A stretch of DNA of 64,000 bases from the NCBI GenBank assembly GCA_963727455.1, contig CAVSGG010000017.1, forward strand, positions 198,211 to 262,210. The letters are read 5' to 3'. The DNA comes from Candidatus Krumholzibacteriota bacterium. GTDB taxonomy: Bacteria > Krumholzibacteriota > Krumholzibacteriia > JAJRXK01. Both the position numbers and the translations under genes were made by a program. Each line of letters begins with the position of its first letter. The stretch's first letter is position 1. Below the pieces are notes generated by a model that was not told where the DNA came from, did no database searches, and saw only the letters and a list, made by a program, of their open reading frames with translations. Below are positions 10,036-20,603 of the stretch, one piece after another.

Positions 10036-12294
10036 ATGAGGGGGTCTGCATTGCTGGGCAAGTTCCTGGGTGACTACGAGATCATTGCTTCTCTCGGTCG
10101 TGGAGGAATGGGAGAGGTCTATCGTGCTCGGGACCGCCAGCTGGGGCGCGAGGTCGCCCTCAAACTGCTGCGAGAGGATCTCGGCGCCGACCGCAGACTG
10201 CTCAGCCGATTGGGGCAGGAAGCGCGCACCCTCGCCAGTCTCAACCATCCCAACATCGCAACTCTCTTCGCGTTCACCCAAGCCGAAGGGCGCTGGTTCC
10301 TGGTGATGGAATTGGTGGAGGGCACCGACCTCCAGGAGCGCCTGCACGAAGGGCCTCTCCACACCGCGCAGGCGATCCACGTGGCCGCGCAGATCGCCGA
10401 GGGCCTGAGCGTCGCGCACGCACACGGCGTGGTGCATCGCGATCTCAAACCGGCCAATGTCAAGCTCACGGAAGATGGGCGGGTGAAGATTCTCGATTTC
10501 GGTTTGGCCAAATCGGAAGTGCTAACTCAAGACCTAGGGCAGACGGTCCAGTTGGAACTCACCATGGATGGGGCCATCGTGGGCACCCCTGCCTATCTCG
10601 CTCCCGAGCGAATCCGCGGTGAGTCCGGAGATGCCAGAAGCGATATCTTTGCCTTGGGTCTTCTGCTGTATGAAATGCTCAGCGGGACTCATCCTTTTCT
10701 CAAGTCCAGCCTGTTTGAGACCACCAGTGCCATCTTGAAGGACGAACCCGCTCCCCTCCAGGGACAACCCGAGTGGCTGTCGCGCGTCATCGCAGATGCC
10801 CTCGAGAAATCAGCCGAAGAGCGCCTGCCCTCGGCCCGGGAGTTTCTCGCGCGGTTGCGATCCGGGGCCAGCCCGGCTTCAGATCAGCGGACGATGCAGA
10901 GCAGTTCTCCCATCGATTCTCTGGCCGTGCTCCCTTTCCACAACGAGTCTGGCGACGAGGAGGCAAATTACCTCATCGACGGGATCTGCGACTCTCTCAT
11001 CGACAATCTCTCCCAGCTGCCGCGCCTGAAAGTGATGGCGCAGAGCACGGTATTTCGCTGCCGCGATCTCTACGAACGCCCCGACGAGGTGGGCCGAGAA
11101 CTGAAGGTGCGCGCGGTGCTCGCCGGGCGCATGCAGAAGCGGGGGGACAAGCTGGTCATCCGCGCCGAGCTCGTGGATGCCCGCGACGGGACTCGGTTGT
11201 GGGGAGGGCGCTTCGACCGCGCCCTCACCGACGTGCTCGCGATCGAGGGAGAAATCTGTCGGGAGATCACCGACAAGCTGCGCTTCCGACTGACCCACGA
11301 GGAAAGGAACCGCATCGCGAAGCGTCAGGAGCGGGATCCCCGTGCTCACGACGCCTACATGCAGGGCCGCTTCTTCTGGAAGCGTTGGAAAACGGTTGAC
11401 GCCATGTACACGGCAATCCGTTATTTCGAGGAAGCGCTCTCGATCGATCCCCGCTACGCCCTAGCTCATGGTGGACTGGCCGATTGTTACAACATCCTGG
11501 GGAACATCAAAGCCCTACCGCCCGACGAAGCCTATCCGCGCGCAAAGGACGAAGTACACAAAGGTCTGGCCATCGATGAGAGCCTGGCCGAACTGCACGC
11601 TTCCCTGGGCTTCATCCACCGCCACTGGGACTGGGATTGGGATGCGTCCAATCGTGAACTCCTGCGCGCGATTGAACTCAACCCGGGCTATTCTTCTGCA
11701 CACCGATTCTACGGGCATCTTTTGTGCGGACTGGGTCGTCACGAGGAGGCGATCGCGCGGGTCAAACGAGCTCTCGAGTTGGATCCCCTCTCGATCCTCC
11801 TGCATACCTCGGTGGGTGATACCTATTTTTATGCGCGTCGCTACGAGGAATCAATGCTGTGGTATCGCAAAGCGATGGAATTGGACGAGGCCTTCATTCC
11901 CGCGCACACCGACTTGGCCCGGGCACTGGAACTAGCCGGTCGCTACGAGGAGGCCGAGGCCGAGTTCCTCAAGGCCCAGACTCTCATGCCGAAGGGTCCT
12001 CCGGAACCCTCTTCCGGTCTGGCCCACGTGTATGCGCGGATGGGGCGGCGGAAGGATGCCCTGGCGATCGTGGACCAACTGCTGGAGAAGTCCAAGACTC
12101 GCTACGTGTCGCCCTACGGCATCGCGTCCATCTACGCTTGCATGAACGATGTGGATACCGCCCTGGACTGGCTCGAACGAGCGCATGCACAGCACGACCA
12201 AACCCTGGTGTGGATCAAGGTGCATCCCCGCCTCGATCCGCTGCGGGGGCACCCTCGTTATGAAGCTCTGCTCGAGAAGATGTCGCTGGACTGA
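10036..12294 (+). CDS. Ser/Thr protein kinase with TolB-N-like domain and TPR repeats (soluble)
   Basis: GRGGMGEVY, HRDLKPAN, DFG, GTPAYLAPE; SLAVLPF TolB-N-like domain; TPRs; C-terminal DPLRGHPRY. No TM segment seen. Confidence 0.93.
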   Translation: MRGSALLGKFLGDYEIIASLGRGGMGEVYRARDRQLGREVALKLLREDLGADRRLLSRLGQEARTLASLNHPNIATLFAFTQAEGRWFLVMELVEGTDLQERLHEGPLHTAQAIHVAAQIAEGLSVAHAHGVVHRDLKPANVKLTEDGRVKILDFGLAKSEVLTQDLGQTVQLELTMDGAIVGTPAYLAPERIRGESGDARSDIFALGLLLYEMLSGTHPFLKSSLFETTSAILKDEPAPLQGQPEWLSRVIADALEKSAEERLPSAREFLARLRSGASPASDQRTMQSSSPIDSLAVLPFHNESGDEEANYLIDGICDSLIDNLSQLPRLKVMAQSTVFRCRDLYERPDEVGRELKVRAVLAGRMQKRGDKLVIRAELVDARDGTRLWGGRFDRALTDVLAIEGEICREITDKLRFRLTHEERNRIAKRQERDPRAHDAYMQGRFFWKRWKTVDAMYTAIRYFEEALSIDPRYALAHGGLADCYNILGNIKALPPDEAYPRAKDEVHKGLAIDESLAELHASLGFIHRHWDWDWDASNRELLRAIELNPGYSSAHRFYGHLLCGLGRHEEAIARVKRALELDPLSILLHTSVGDTYFYARRYEESMLWYRKAMELDEAFIPAHTDLARALELAGRYEEAEAEFLKAQTLMPKGPPEPSSGLAHVYARMGRRKDALAIVDQLLEKSKTRYVSPYGIASIYACMNDVDTALDWLERAHAQHDQTLVWIKVHPRLDPLRGHPRYEALLEKMSLD

Positions 12295-12349
12295 GCCATA
12301 CTCGGTCGCGCTGCGGCTAGGGGGCTCAGTCGCGCCACTAACAGAACAC

Positions 12350-13459
12350 TCAGGGGCGCAGGTAGTGGCAGGTGTAGCCCCCGGGGTGCTTCACCAGATA
12401 GTCCTGATGGTATTCCTCGGCGCGATAGAAGACCGAGGCTGGCACGATCTCGGTGACCACGGGGTTCTTCCACTTTCCTGACGCGTCTACCTCGGCTTTG
12501 ACTTTCTCGGCGATCTCGCGCTGCTTCTCGCCGTGATAGAAGATCGCCGAACGGTACGAGGTGCCGACGTCGTTTCCCTGCCGGTTCTTGGTGGTGGGAT
12601 CGTGCATGCGGAAGAAATATCCGAGGAGTTCCTCGAAGCTGATCTTCGAAGGATCGAAGGTGATCTCAACCGCTTCCGCATGACCGGTCTTGCCGCTGTG
12701 CACTTCCTCGTAGGTGGGATTCTTGGTGGTTCCACCGGTGTAGCCAACGACCGTGTCCACCACTCCGGGGATCTTGCGGAGGATATCCTCCATGCCCCAG
12801 AAGCAACCGCCGGCCAGGGTGGCAATCTCGGTCTTCTGCTTGTCCATGGGGCCTTTCTCCTCGGCAGACTGAAACAGAATCAGGTAGTTTCCGTAGCCTT
12901 CGCTCTTCAACTGCGAGACGGGGATGAAGCGCAGCGCGGCCGAGTTGATGCAATAGCGCAGGCCGTCGGGACCGGGACCGTCGGGAAAGACGTGGCCCAG
13001 GTGCGAATCGCCGTACTTGGAACGCACTTCGGTGCGCGTCATTCCCAGACTCTTGTCGACATCCTCCGTCACCGCGTCGGACTTCACGGGACGGGTGAAG
13101 CTGGGCCAACCGCAGCCGGAATCGTATTTGTCCATGGAGGTGAATAGGGGCTCGCCGGAGACCACGTCCACGTAGAGTCCCGCTTCGTGATTGTCCCAGT
13201 ACTCGTTCTGGAAGGCCCTCTCGGTGGCAGATTTCTGGGTCACCTCGTATTGCAGGGGCTTCAGCTCCTTGCGCAGCTTGGCATCGTCAGGCTTCTGGTA
13301 GTGCTTCCAGGAACTATCGGAATTTTCTTTCACCATGGGTCGCTTCGCCGTCTTCTCGGGTTTCTTCGCGCAGGCCGGTGCACTCGCCAGCATTGCTGCC
13401 ACGGCCACACCAGCCACTAGGGTCCAGATGGACTGGGATTTCTTGGCTCGGATTTTCAC
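12350..13459 (-). CDS. msrAB: Exported bifunctional methionine sulfoxide reductase, MsrB-MsrA order
   Basis: Signal peptide; MsrB motifs [20 protein letters not shown]; MsrA motifs [19 protein letters not shown]. Confidence 0.95.
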   Translation of the reverse strand: MKIRAKKSQSIWTLVAGVAVAAMLASAPACAKKPEKTAKRPMVKENSDSSWKHYQKPDDAKLRKELKPLQYEVTQKSATERAFQNEYWDNHEAGLYVDVVSGEPLFTSMDKYDSGCGWPSFTRPVKSDAVTEDVDKSLGMTRTEVRSKYGDSHLGHVFPDGPGPDGLRYCINSAALRFIPVSQLKSEGYGNYLILFQSAEEKGPMDKQKTEIATLAGGCFWGMEDILRKIPGVVDTVVGYTGGTTKNPTYEEVHSGKTGHAEAVEITFDPSKISFEELLGYFFRMHDPTTKNRQGNDVGTSYRSAIFYHGEKQREIAEKVKAEVDASGKWKNPVVTEIVPASVFYRAEEYHQDYLVKHPGGYTCHYLRP

Positions 13460-13565
13460 GGCATCCTCCTGAGGGAAATGACGGGGCGCTCGACTTCTTT
13501 GGCTCCGTCTGCTGAACCTACGAAGGAAAGCGCAAGTCGTGACCGCTTATCCCGCCTTCGCGCAC

Positions 13566-14693
13566 TCAGCTCAAGCGCTTCTGGAAGCGTTGCGCCGCCG
13601 AACCAAAGACAAACAAACCCATGCCGGTGAGAATGGCCAGGTCCCGCCACAGATCGAGGAATCCGGCCCCTTTGAGGAAGATCCCGCGTACGATGTTCAT
13701 GATGTAGCGCACCGGATCGGCGGCCGAGATCCACTGGGCCCACTGGGGCATGTTTTCGATGGGATAGAAGAAGCCGCTCATGAGGATTCCGAAGACCAGA
13801 AAGAACCAGACCGTGAGCATTGCCTGCTGCTGGGTCTGCGAGAGGGTCGAAGCTAGAAGTCCCACGCCGAGGGTCACCAGCAGGTAGGCCATGCCGGACA
13901 GGGCGAGCAGCGGGAGCGATCCCTCCAGGGGCAAATGGAACCAGAGGACGGCCACCACGCCCGCGAAGCAGAACTCGAAGAAGGCCACCACCACGAAGGG
14001 GATCGTCTTGCCTGCCACGAGCTCGAAGGGGCGCAGCGGACTCACCAGGAGTTGTTCGAGGGTCCCGATTTCCTTCTCCCGCACCACCGCCATCCCCGTA
14101 AGGAGGGAGGAGATGACCGTGATCAAGAGGACGAGGATTCCCGGCACCATGAAGAAGCGGCTCTCGAGCTGGGGATTGTAAAAGAAGCGCGTGATCCCGG
14201 TGACCTGAGCCATACCTTCGGATCCACTCGCGGGCCCAAAGCCTCTCTCGCGCAGCATGCGCTGCGTCTCGCGCGCCACGATGATCTGGGCATAGCCGCT
14301 GGCGCGTCCCGCCACGCTGCTATTCTGTCCGTCCACCGTGATTCCTACCTGCGGCCTCTGCCCTCCGGCAAGATCCTCCGCGAATCCCTTGGGGATCCAG
14401 AGCGTCACCCGCGCGCTTTCGTTGGAAAGGAGGTTCTGCAGTTCCCTCGGGTCGCGAGCCGTGGGACCGGGCACGAAAACGTCACAGTGAAAGAAGGCCT
14501 CCACCAAGCGGCGTGACGCGACGCTCTGGTCCTGGTCGAGCGCAGAGATTGGCACCTTGTGCAAATCGGTATTGGCGGCGTAGGAAAACACGAGCAGCTG
14601 AACCAGCGGCACCGCGAAGATGATTCGCAACATCCCGGGATCGCGGAAGATTTGCCGGAATTCCTTACGGACGAGGGTTTGCAGTGCACGCAT
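13566..14693 (-). CDS. ABC-2 type transporter permease (YbhR-like)
   Basis: KEFRQIFRD, REKEIGTLEQLLVSP, SGFFYPIENMP; ATG at 14693. Confidence 0.92.
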   Translation of the reverse strand: MRALQTLVRKEFRQIFRDPGMLRIIFAVPLVQLLVFSYAANTDLHKVPISALDQDQSVASRRLVEAFFHCDVFVPGPTARDPRELQNLLSNESARVTLWIPKGFAEDLAGGQRPQVGITVDGQNSSVAGRASGYAQIIVARETQRMLRERGFGPASGSEGMAQVTGITRFFYNPQLESRFFMVPGILVLLITVISSLLTGMAVVREKEIGTLEQLLVSPLRPFELVAGKTIPFVVVAFFEFCFAGVVAVLWFHLPLEGSLPLLALSGMAYLLVTLGVGLLASTLSQTQQQAMLTVWFFLVFGILMSGFFYPIENMPQWAQWISAADPVRYIMNIVRGIFLKGAGFLDLWRDLAILTGMGLFVFGSAAQRFQKRLS

Positions 14694-14697
14694 GGTA

Positions 14698-15816
14698 CTA
14701 CTCCAAGGTGGCACGGAAACGGCGCGTGGCCGCTCCGGTGAAAACCAGCAAGAGGACGAGCATCACCGCAAGATCGCGTCCGAACCAGAATTCGCCCTTC
14801 AGGAGAATTCCGTGGACGATGCGGATGTAATGCGTCGCGGGGATTATCTCTCCCACCAACCGCAAGGGGAGGGGCATGCCGCGAAGTTCGAAGATGAAGC
14901 CAGAGAGGATGAGGCTTGGCAGATAGGTCGTGACCAATGCGATCATCATCGCATTGCGCTGCGAGCCTGCGAGTGCGGAGATCAAGAGCCCCAGAGAGAG
15001 CGCGATCATGATGTAAACGAGACTGTAGGCGGCCAGTACCCACCACGAACCGTGCATGGGGACGCCGAAGACCAGCCGACCCACTGCCAGCACCAGGGAG
15101 GCGTCGATGGCACCAAGCCCCACGTAGGGAAGCAGCTTGCCCACGATGACTTGCAGGGGCGTTACCGGAGTGGTCAGTACTTGCTCCAGCGTGCCCGTCT
15201 CCTTCTCGCGGGCGAGGGCGATGCTGGTGAGCAAGGCGCAGATCATCATGAGGATGACGGCCACCAGGCCGGGCACCACGAAGTAGGCGCTCTCCAGCTC
15301 GGGATTGAAGTCGATGCGCAAACGAGGATCGACGGGGATGAGCGATGCCCGCAGCGCGGTAGAAGATCCGCCATTCAATAGCTCTCGATTGAATTGCTGT
15401 AGAACCGTGTTCAGGTAATTGTCCACGGTGGCCGCAGTGGTACCGTCCGCTCCATCGATCAGAATCTGTACGGGAGAGTTTTGGCCCTCATCGAGCCGGC
15501 GCGCGAAGTGACGGGGGATGACCACAGCTGCGCGAAAGCGACTGGAACGGAAGCCCGCGCCAATCTCCGCCCGCGTTCTCAGCCGCGCGGCGTCCACGAT
15601 GAACCCGCTGGAGGTCATGTTGCGGATGAGCGCGCGGCTGGCGGGGCTGTGGTCTTGATCCAAGAAAGCGACAGGGAGGTGCTTGAGCTCCATGTCGATG
15701 GCGAATCCGAAGACGAGGACCATCGCCAGGGGCATCAAAATCGCGACACCGAGACTGCGACGATCGCGCAGTATGTGATAAATCTCTTTGCGGGCCATGG
15801 CGAAGATACGGTTCAT
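14698..15816 (-). CDS. ABC-2 type transporter permease (YbhS-like)
   Basis: KEIYHILRD, REKETGTLEQVLTTP, LSGFIF. Confidence 0.92.
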   Translation of the reverse strand: MNRIFAMARKEIYHILRDRRSLGVAILMPLAMVLVFGFAIDMELKHLPVAFLDQDHSPASRALIRNMTSSGFIVDAARLRTRAEIGAGFRSSRFRAAVVIPRHFARRLDEGQNSPVQILIDGADGTTAATVDNYLNTVLQQFNRELLNGGSSTALRASLIPVDPRLRIDFNPELESAYFVVPGLVAVILMMICALLTSIALAREKETGTLEQVLTTPVTPLQVIVGKLLPYVGLGAIDASLVLAVGRLVFGVPMHGSWWVLAAYSLVYIMIALSLGLLISALAGSQRNAMMIALVTTYLPSLILSGFIFELRGMPLPLRLVGEIIPATHYIRIVHGILLKGEFWFGRDLAVMLVLLLVFTGAATRRFRATLE

Positions 15817-16544
15817 GATCCCACCAACTCCAGAAAGACGTCCTGCATGCTCGAGCTTCCGGTGCGTTCCTTGAGTTTCTGCGGGGTGTCCAGAGCCTCG
15901 ATTTTGCCGCGAACCATGATCGACACGCGGCCGCAGTACTCGGCTTCGTCCATGTAGTGTGTGGTCACGAAGACCGTGGTGCCTCCATCGGCCAGCTCGT
16001 AGATGAGATCCCAGAACTGCCGGCGCGCTACGGGATCGACCCCGCCGGTGGGTTCGTCGAGAAATACGATCTTGGGCTCGTGCAAGACCGCGCAGCCCAG
16101 GGCCAGGCGCTGCTTGTAGCCCAGAGGAAGCGAGGACGTCATTCTCTCCTGCATCTTGCTCAGATCCAGGCGCGAAACCAACTCGTGCGAGCGTTCGCGA
16201 ATCTTGCCGGCATCCATGCCGTAGATCCCTCCGTAAAATTCGAGGTTCTCATGGACGCGCAGATCGTCGTAAAGACTGAAGCGCTGGCTCATGTAGCCGA
16301 TCTTGCGTTTGATTCGTTCGCCGTGCTGGTTGACGGAAAGTCCGCCAACCCAGGCTTCGCCCTCGCTCGGAGCGAGAAGTCCACAGAACATGCGGATGGC
16401 GGTGGTCTTGCCCGCGCCGTTGGCTCCCAGAAAACCGAAGATCTCGCCCGGTCTCACGGCCAACGAAATTTCGTCGACGGCGGTGAACTCGCCGAATCGT
16501 CGAGTGAGACCCTCCGCGTAGACTGCGTATTCGTCGTGCGTCAC
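15813..16544 (-). CDS. ABC transporter ATP-binding protein
   Basis: Walker A GANGAGKT, variant signature LPLGYKQ, Walker B FLDEPT. Confidence 0.93.
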   Translation of the reverse strand: MTHDEYAVYAEGLTRRFGEFTAVDEISLAVRPGEIFGFLGANGAGKTTAIRMFCGLLAPSEGEAWVGGLSVNQHGERIKRKIGYMSQRFSLYDDLRVHENLEFYGGIYGMDAGKIRERSHELVSRLDLSKMQERMTSSLPLGYKQRLALGCAVLHEPKIVFLDEPTGGVDPVARRQFWDLIYELADGGTTVFVTTHYMDEAEYCGRVSIMVRGKIEALDTPQKLKERTGSSSMQDVFLELVGS

Positions 16545-17491
16545 CTCGTCACCTCCTGCTGGTGCAGAGTGAGTTCAACGAAGACGTCCTCGATGGAGGG
16601 GCGCATGGGAGAGAGAGTCACGTCGAGCTCGGTGAGGCGCTCGCGGATGGCCTGAAGTTGTTGGTCCTCGTCGTAGACGACGTGCAAGCGGTCGCCAAAG
16701 CGATGCACGGAGAGACGATCGAATCCCAGGAGGTTCTCTCGCGCTTCCCTGAGGTTCTTGCCCGTGAGCTCGAGCAGTCGGCGCGGAAATGCGTCGGGTA
16801 TTGTCTCGGGTGCGCCCTGCACGAGCACGCGCCCCCGGTGCATCAAAACGACACGGTCGCAGAGATCGGCCTCATCCATGTAGGGAGTGCTTACCAAGAG
16901 CGCGAGACCCTCCCCGGCGAGTTCGCGCAAAATGCGCCAGAACTCGCGCCGACTGACGGGGTCGACCCCGGTAGTGGGCTCGTCCAGAATCAGAACTTCC
17001 GGGGTATGAATCAGAGTGCAGCTCAGAGCGAGTTTCTGTTTCATTCCTCCGGAGAGTTGACCGGCGCGACGCGAGCGGAAATCACCGAGTTGGCTGAATT
17101 CCATCAGGCGCGCCTCCCGGTCCTGGCGGGCTTGGCCGGTGACGCCGAACATGTCTGCGAAGAAGCGTAGGTTTTCGGCCACGCTCAAGTCCGGGTACAA
17201 GCTGAAGCGCTGAGGCATGTAGCCGAGGTGATGCTTGAGTTCACGTGTCTGGCGTTGGCTGTCGAAACTCAGGACCTGTGTGCTGCCCCCGTCGGGCCGA
17301 AGCAGACCACAGACGATGCGCATGGAAGTGGTTTTGCCGGCCCCGTCGGGGCCGATGAGTCCCACGATCTCACCGCGACCTACCTGCAGGCTGAGCTCAT
17401 TGACTGCAAGAGTCGCTCCGTAGCTCTTGCGAAGCTCTGCGATCTGAATCGCGGAGCCAGTTTCGTCGATTAGTGTGCGCTCTGCCTTCAT
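16541..17491 (-). CDS. ABC transporter ATP-binding protein
   Basis: GPDGAGKT, LSGGMKQ, ILDEPT; ATG 17491 (ORF extends to 17503). Confidence 0.93.
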   Translation of the reverse strand: MKAERTLIDETGSAIQIAELRKSYGATLAVNELSLQVGRGEIVGLIGPDGAGKTTSMRIVCGLLRPDGGSTQVLSFDSQRQTRELKHHLGYMPQRFSLYPDLSVAENLRFFADMFGVTGQARQDREARLMEFSQLGDFRSRRAGQLSGGMKQKLALSCTLIHTPEVLILDEPTTGVDPVSRREFWRILRELAGEGLALLVSTPYMDEADLCDRVVLMHRGRVLVQGAPETIPDAFPRRLLELTGKNLREARENLLGFDRLSVHRFGDRLHVVYDEDQQLQAIRERLTELDVTLSPMRPSIEDVFVELTLHQQEVTR

Positions 17492-17499
17492 GTGCGACC

Positions 17500-18495
17500 T
17501 CAATCGCCAGCGGCCACGCTGAGACGGACCGCTGCGGGCATGCCGATGTGCAGGCGCCCGTCCGGATTGTCCACCGTCAGCTTCACCGCGTACACGAGCT
17601 GCGCTCGCGCCTTGGCTGTCTGTGCATTCTTGGGAGTGAATTCGGCCTGCGAACTGATCCAGCTCACTCTGCCGCGGAGCTCCTTGCCACCCAGGGCGTC
17701 CACCAGCACCGGGAGCGTCTGTCCCAATTTCACGCGGTCCAATTCTGGCTCTTCCAAGTAGATGCGCAGCTCCAGCTGACGCAGGTCAGCCATGCGCAAA
17801 GCCAAAGCTCCGGTCCTTCCGAGCTCACCGGGTTCGGCTGTGCGCACGAGGATGGTGCCGTCGGCCGGCGCGAGAAGGATCCCGTCCGCGATCTGACGAT
17901 CCATCACGGCCAGGGAGGCCTCGAGTTCCTTGCGCTGGGCATCCAGTTGAGTCAACCGATCGTGGGCCGCCTCTACCTGGCTAGCAGCGACGTCGCGTTG
18001 CGCGCTCAGGTCATCCACCTGTTGCTGGGTGACCGAGCCTTGCTCGTGCAGAGTTTTGCTGCGCTTCAGTGTGGTCGAAGCCAGCTCGAGCCTGCGTTCG
18101 CTCTGCCGCAAGGCCTGCTGAGCCTCGCGGGATTGGGCCTCAAGTACCTCGTCCTGGGCCGCCCTCTGCGCGCGCCTTTTCTGGAGCAAACCAGTGTCGA
18201 GCACGAGCAGAGTGTCGCCCTTGGACACCGTGTCGCCTTCATCTGCTCTCACTTCGAGCACCTGGGCAGTGAGGAGGGGGGATAGGTCCACTTCGGTGGC
18301 CTCGAGAGTTCCACTCGGATTGGCGAACTCGGCGTTGTTTCCACAGGCGCTGAGTACGGCGCAGAGACAGAAGCTGGCTAAAATCCCCGACGCGCCACGC
18401 AGCCGTAACCAAGCAAAGGGTAAAATGAAGCGAAGAGTCTGCATCATGGTCTTTCCTTCCGAAGACGGGATCCCGAGTTTGGCTGCGATCATCAT
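17500..18495 (-). CDS. HlyD-family efflux periplasmic adaptor (lipoprotein)
   Basis: LSA-C lipobox, SGTLEA, coiled coil, AEFTPKN...LVYAVK motif of YbhG-like adaptors; start may be 18447. Confidence 0.9.
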   Translation of the reverse strand: MMIAAKLGIPSSEGKTMMQTLRFILPFAWLRLRGASGILASFCLCAVLSACGNNAEFANPSGTLEATEVDLSPLLTAQVLEVRADEGDTVSKGDTLLVLDTGLLQKRRAQRAAQDEVLEAQSREAQQALRQSERRLELASTTLKRSKTLHEQGSVTQQQVDDLSAQRDVAASQVEAAHDRLTQLDAQRKELEASLAVMDRQIADGILLAPADGTILVRTAEPGELGRTGALALRMADLRQLELRIYLEEPELDRVKLGQTLPVLVDALGGKELRGRVSWISSQAEFTPKNAQTAKARAQLVYAVKLTVDNPDGRLHIGMPAAVRLSVAAGD

Positions 18496-19829
18496 TGGGC
18501 CACCGCGTAGAGGAGCTTCACTTCCGCGAGCCGCAGGCGCGAGCGCTGAGCTGCAACTGCGATTTCCGCGTCGGAGAGATCGTCCTGGGCGTCCAACAAT
18601 TCGGTTTCCGTACCCAGACCTTGTTGATAGCGTCCTTGCACCAACTTGAGCCGTTTGCTTTCCAGCTCGGCGCGTTGCTGCGCCTTGCTTACTTGCTCGT
18701 GCTGAGCGCGCACCTGGGCTCGCGAAATTTCCAAGGCGTTCGTCAACTCCCGGTGAAGCTCCTCTTGTCGGTGGGAGAGGGCCCGTGCCATGGCCGCGCG
18801 CTGTTCGACGCGCGCCGAACGCCCCCCCTTGTCAAACAGAGTCCATTGCAGTCGAAGACCTACCGTGGCCCAGTCCATCCATTCGTTGTCGACAACCCGA
18901 ATTCCCGGGCGTGCATAATGGAGTTGCGCGGTGGCGTTGAGCGAGGGCATTAGGCTTCCCTTGGCGGCACGACTTGCTTCTCGATTGGCGGACTGGCGTG
19001 AATTCAGAGCGTGCAGCTCTGGCCTGGCGTCCACCGAACCCACCTTGCCGAGAATTCCATCGTCGGAGAGAAGGCTCTGGTCCAGCTGGCCTGCGGGGAC
19101 CACTTCCCGGTCGGGGAAACCGAGCGCGCGCCCCAATTGCAGGCGTCGCACGGAAAGTTGCTCCTGCGCGTTCAACGAGCGCTGTTCGGCACTGCGTAGT
19201 CTGGCTTCCACCTGCAGCTGAGCTTCAGTGGACGCCGCGCCGGCGCGAAGCTGCTGCTCCAGGTCTTTCAGGTGGCGGCGCAGGCGCTGCACGGCCAAGT
19301 TTGCCGCATCGACTTCAGCTTGCGCGCCGAGGGCCAGATAGAAGCTGGTCCGCACTTGCTGGATCACGCGCAGGCTGTCCGCCGCTAGGTCGAAGCCGCT
19401 CGCTCTCGCCGCATCCCGCTGCGACCGTTCCTGTGCCTCGAGGCGTCCCCCGGTGTACAGGGGAAGTTCCAGGTCAGCGAGAACTCCGTAGCTCTCATTG
19501 TCGCCGAAGCGAACGGTGCGCGAGATGGGAGCCGGAAGATCGAACTCGTTTACCTCGCTCTGATAATGGAAGTCGGCACCCACCGAGAGAGTGGGCCAGC
19601 GTCGCGCGCTGGCTTCGTTCACTCCGGCTTGGGCCGCGCGTTGGCTCTCTTCAAAGGCGCGCAGGGTCGACGAGTTGGAGAGGGCAGCATGGATGCAATG
19701 ACCCAAGTCCATGGCGGTCGAGTTTTCTTCGGCTCGGCTCGCCCGCGCGGCAAAGGACATCAAGCCCACTGCCAAAGCAAAGGCGAGAGAGCGGCAGCGA
19801 GCTCGAGAAACGCTAGAGACAGAGCTCAT
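18492..19829 (-). CDS. TolC-family outer membrane efflux protein
   Basis: Signal peptide; WPTLS, LPLYTGGR, WTLFDKG and RYQQGLGTETELLDAQ motifs. Confidence 0.9.
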   Translation of the reverse strand: MSSVSSVSRARCRSLAFALAVGLMSFAARASRAEENSTAMDLGHCIHAALSNSSTLRAFEESQRAAQAGVNEASARRWPTLSVGADFHYQSEVNEFDLPAPISRTVRFGDNESYGVLADLELPLYTGGRLEAQERSQRDAARASGFDLAADSLRVIQQVRTSFYLALGAQAEVDAANLAVQRLRRHLKDLEQQLRAGAASTEAQLQVEARLRSAEQRSLNAQEQLSVRRLQLGRALGFPDREVVPAGQLDQSLLSDDGILGKVGSVDARPELHALNSRQSANREASRAAKGSLMPSLNATAQLHYARPGIRVVDNEWMDWATVGLRLQWTLFDKGGRSARVEQRAAMARALSHRQEELHRELTNALEISRAQVRAQHEQVSKAQQRAELESKRLKLVQGRYQQGLGTETELLDAQDDLSDAEIAVAAQRSRLRLAEVKLLYAVAQ

Positions 19830-20578
19830 GACTCGGACTCCTTTGAAGTACGAGGAAGAAGTGCGCGCTGCAGCAATTCACTTTGGCCCTTCAGGAGCTG
19901 TTCCCAATGCTCATCGTCGAGTGTGGGAGCATCGAAGAGCACGCGCACGATCGGTTCGAGGAAGAGGGGGCCGTAGGCGCACATGAGCAGCAGGTTGGCG
20001 ATGGCTCTGGGTTCGATCGCCGCCAGTTGCCCTGCTTGTTGCGCCTGGGTCATCGCGGCGAAGAGCAGCTGACGAAAGCCCTTTGGTCCGGAATCACCGA
20101 GTTCGCGAACGACCTCCAAGGCGTGAGGCGCGCCTTGGCCCATCTCGTGTCGAATGATGGCGAGGCGCACCGGGTCATCACGGAACGCGCCGTTGATGCG
20201 CCGCACCAAGCTGAGAAGGCGTTCGATGGGACTGGCTTCCTCCTCCGAGAGAACGCCGACGAGCTTGCCGAAGACTTGCAGCATTTCCATGCCCAGGACC
20301 CGGCGGTAGAGCTGGACTTTCGAACCGAAGTAGTAGTGAACCATCGCCAAATTCACTTCAGCACGCTCAGCGATGGTGCGGGTCGTGGTCGCATCGAGTC
20401 CCTTCTCGGCGAAGGCATCGCGAGCGGCCTCGAGGATACGCGCCCGCGGACTGCCCGCCTCCGGGGCTTGAAATTCCGGCGGAATGGCCGCCAGACCGTG
20501 CTCGGCAGATTCGGATGAAGGCTCTTGGGAGGGTGTCAATGGGCTTCCTTCCACTCGGGGAGATCGTGGATTGGTCAT
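19826..20578 (-). CDS. TetR/AcrR-family transcriptional regulator
   Basis: RILEAARDAFAEKG...TTRTIAERAEVNLAMVHYYFGSK HTH; heads an operon with overlapping stop/start codons. Confidence 0.93.
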   Translation of the reverse strand: MTNPRSPRVEGSPLTPSQEPSSESAEHGLAAIPPEFQAPEAGSPRARILEAARDAFAEKGLDATTTRTIAERAEVNLAMVHYYFGSKVQLYRRVLGMEMLQVFGKLVGVLSEEEASPIERLLSLVRRINGAFRDDPVRLAIIRHEMGQGAPHALEVVRELGDSGPKGFRQLLFAAMTQAQQAGQLAAIEPRAIANLLLMCAYGPLFLEPIVRVLFDAPTLDDEHWEQLLKGQSELLQRALLPRTSKESES

Positions 20579-20603
20579 ATGATTAAGTCATACGATTGAT
20601 CAT
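20579..20603. promoter_or_regulatory. Probable TetR operator (imperfect inverted repeat)
   Basis: ATGATTAA-gtcatacga-TTGATCAT directly abuts the tetR start codon; AT-rich against a GC-rich background. Confidence 0.55.

Noticed and set aside
9865-10437. N-terminal extension of the 533-aa ORF 8836..10437
   Set aside because: Antisense shadow of the kinase gene; the real redoxin start with RBS and signal peptide is at 9864.
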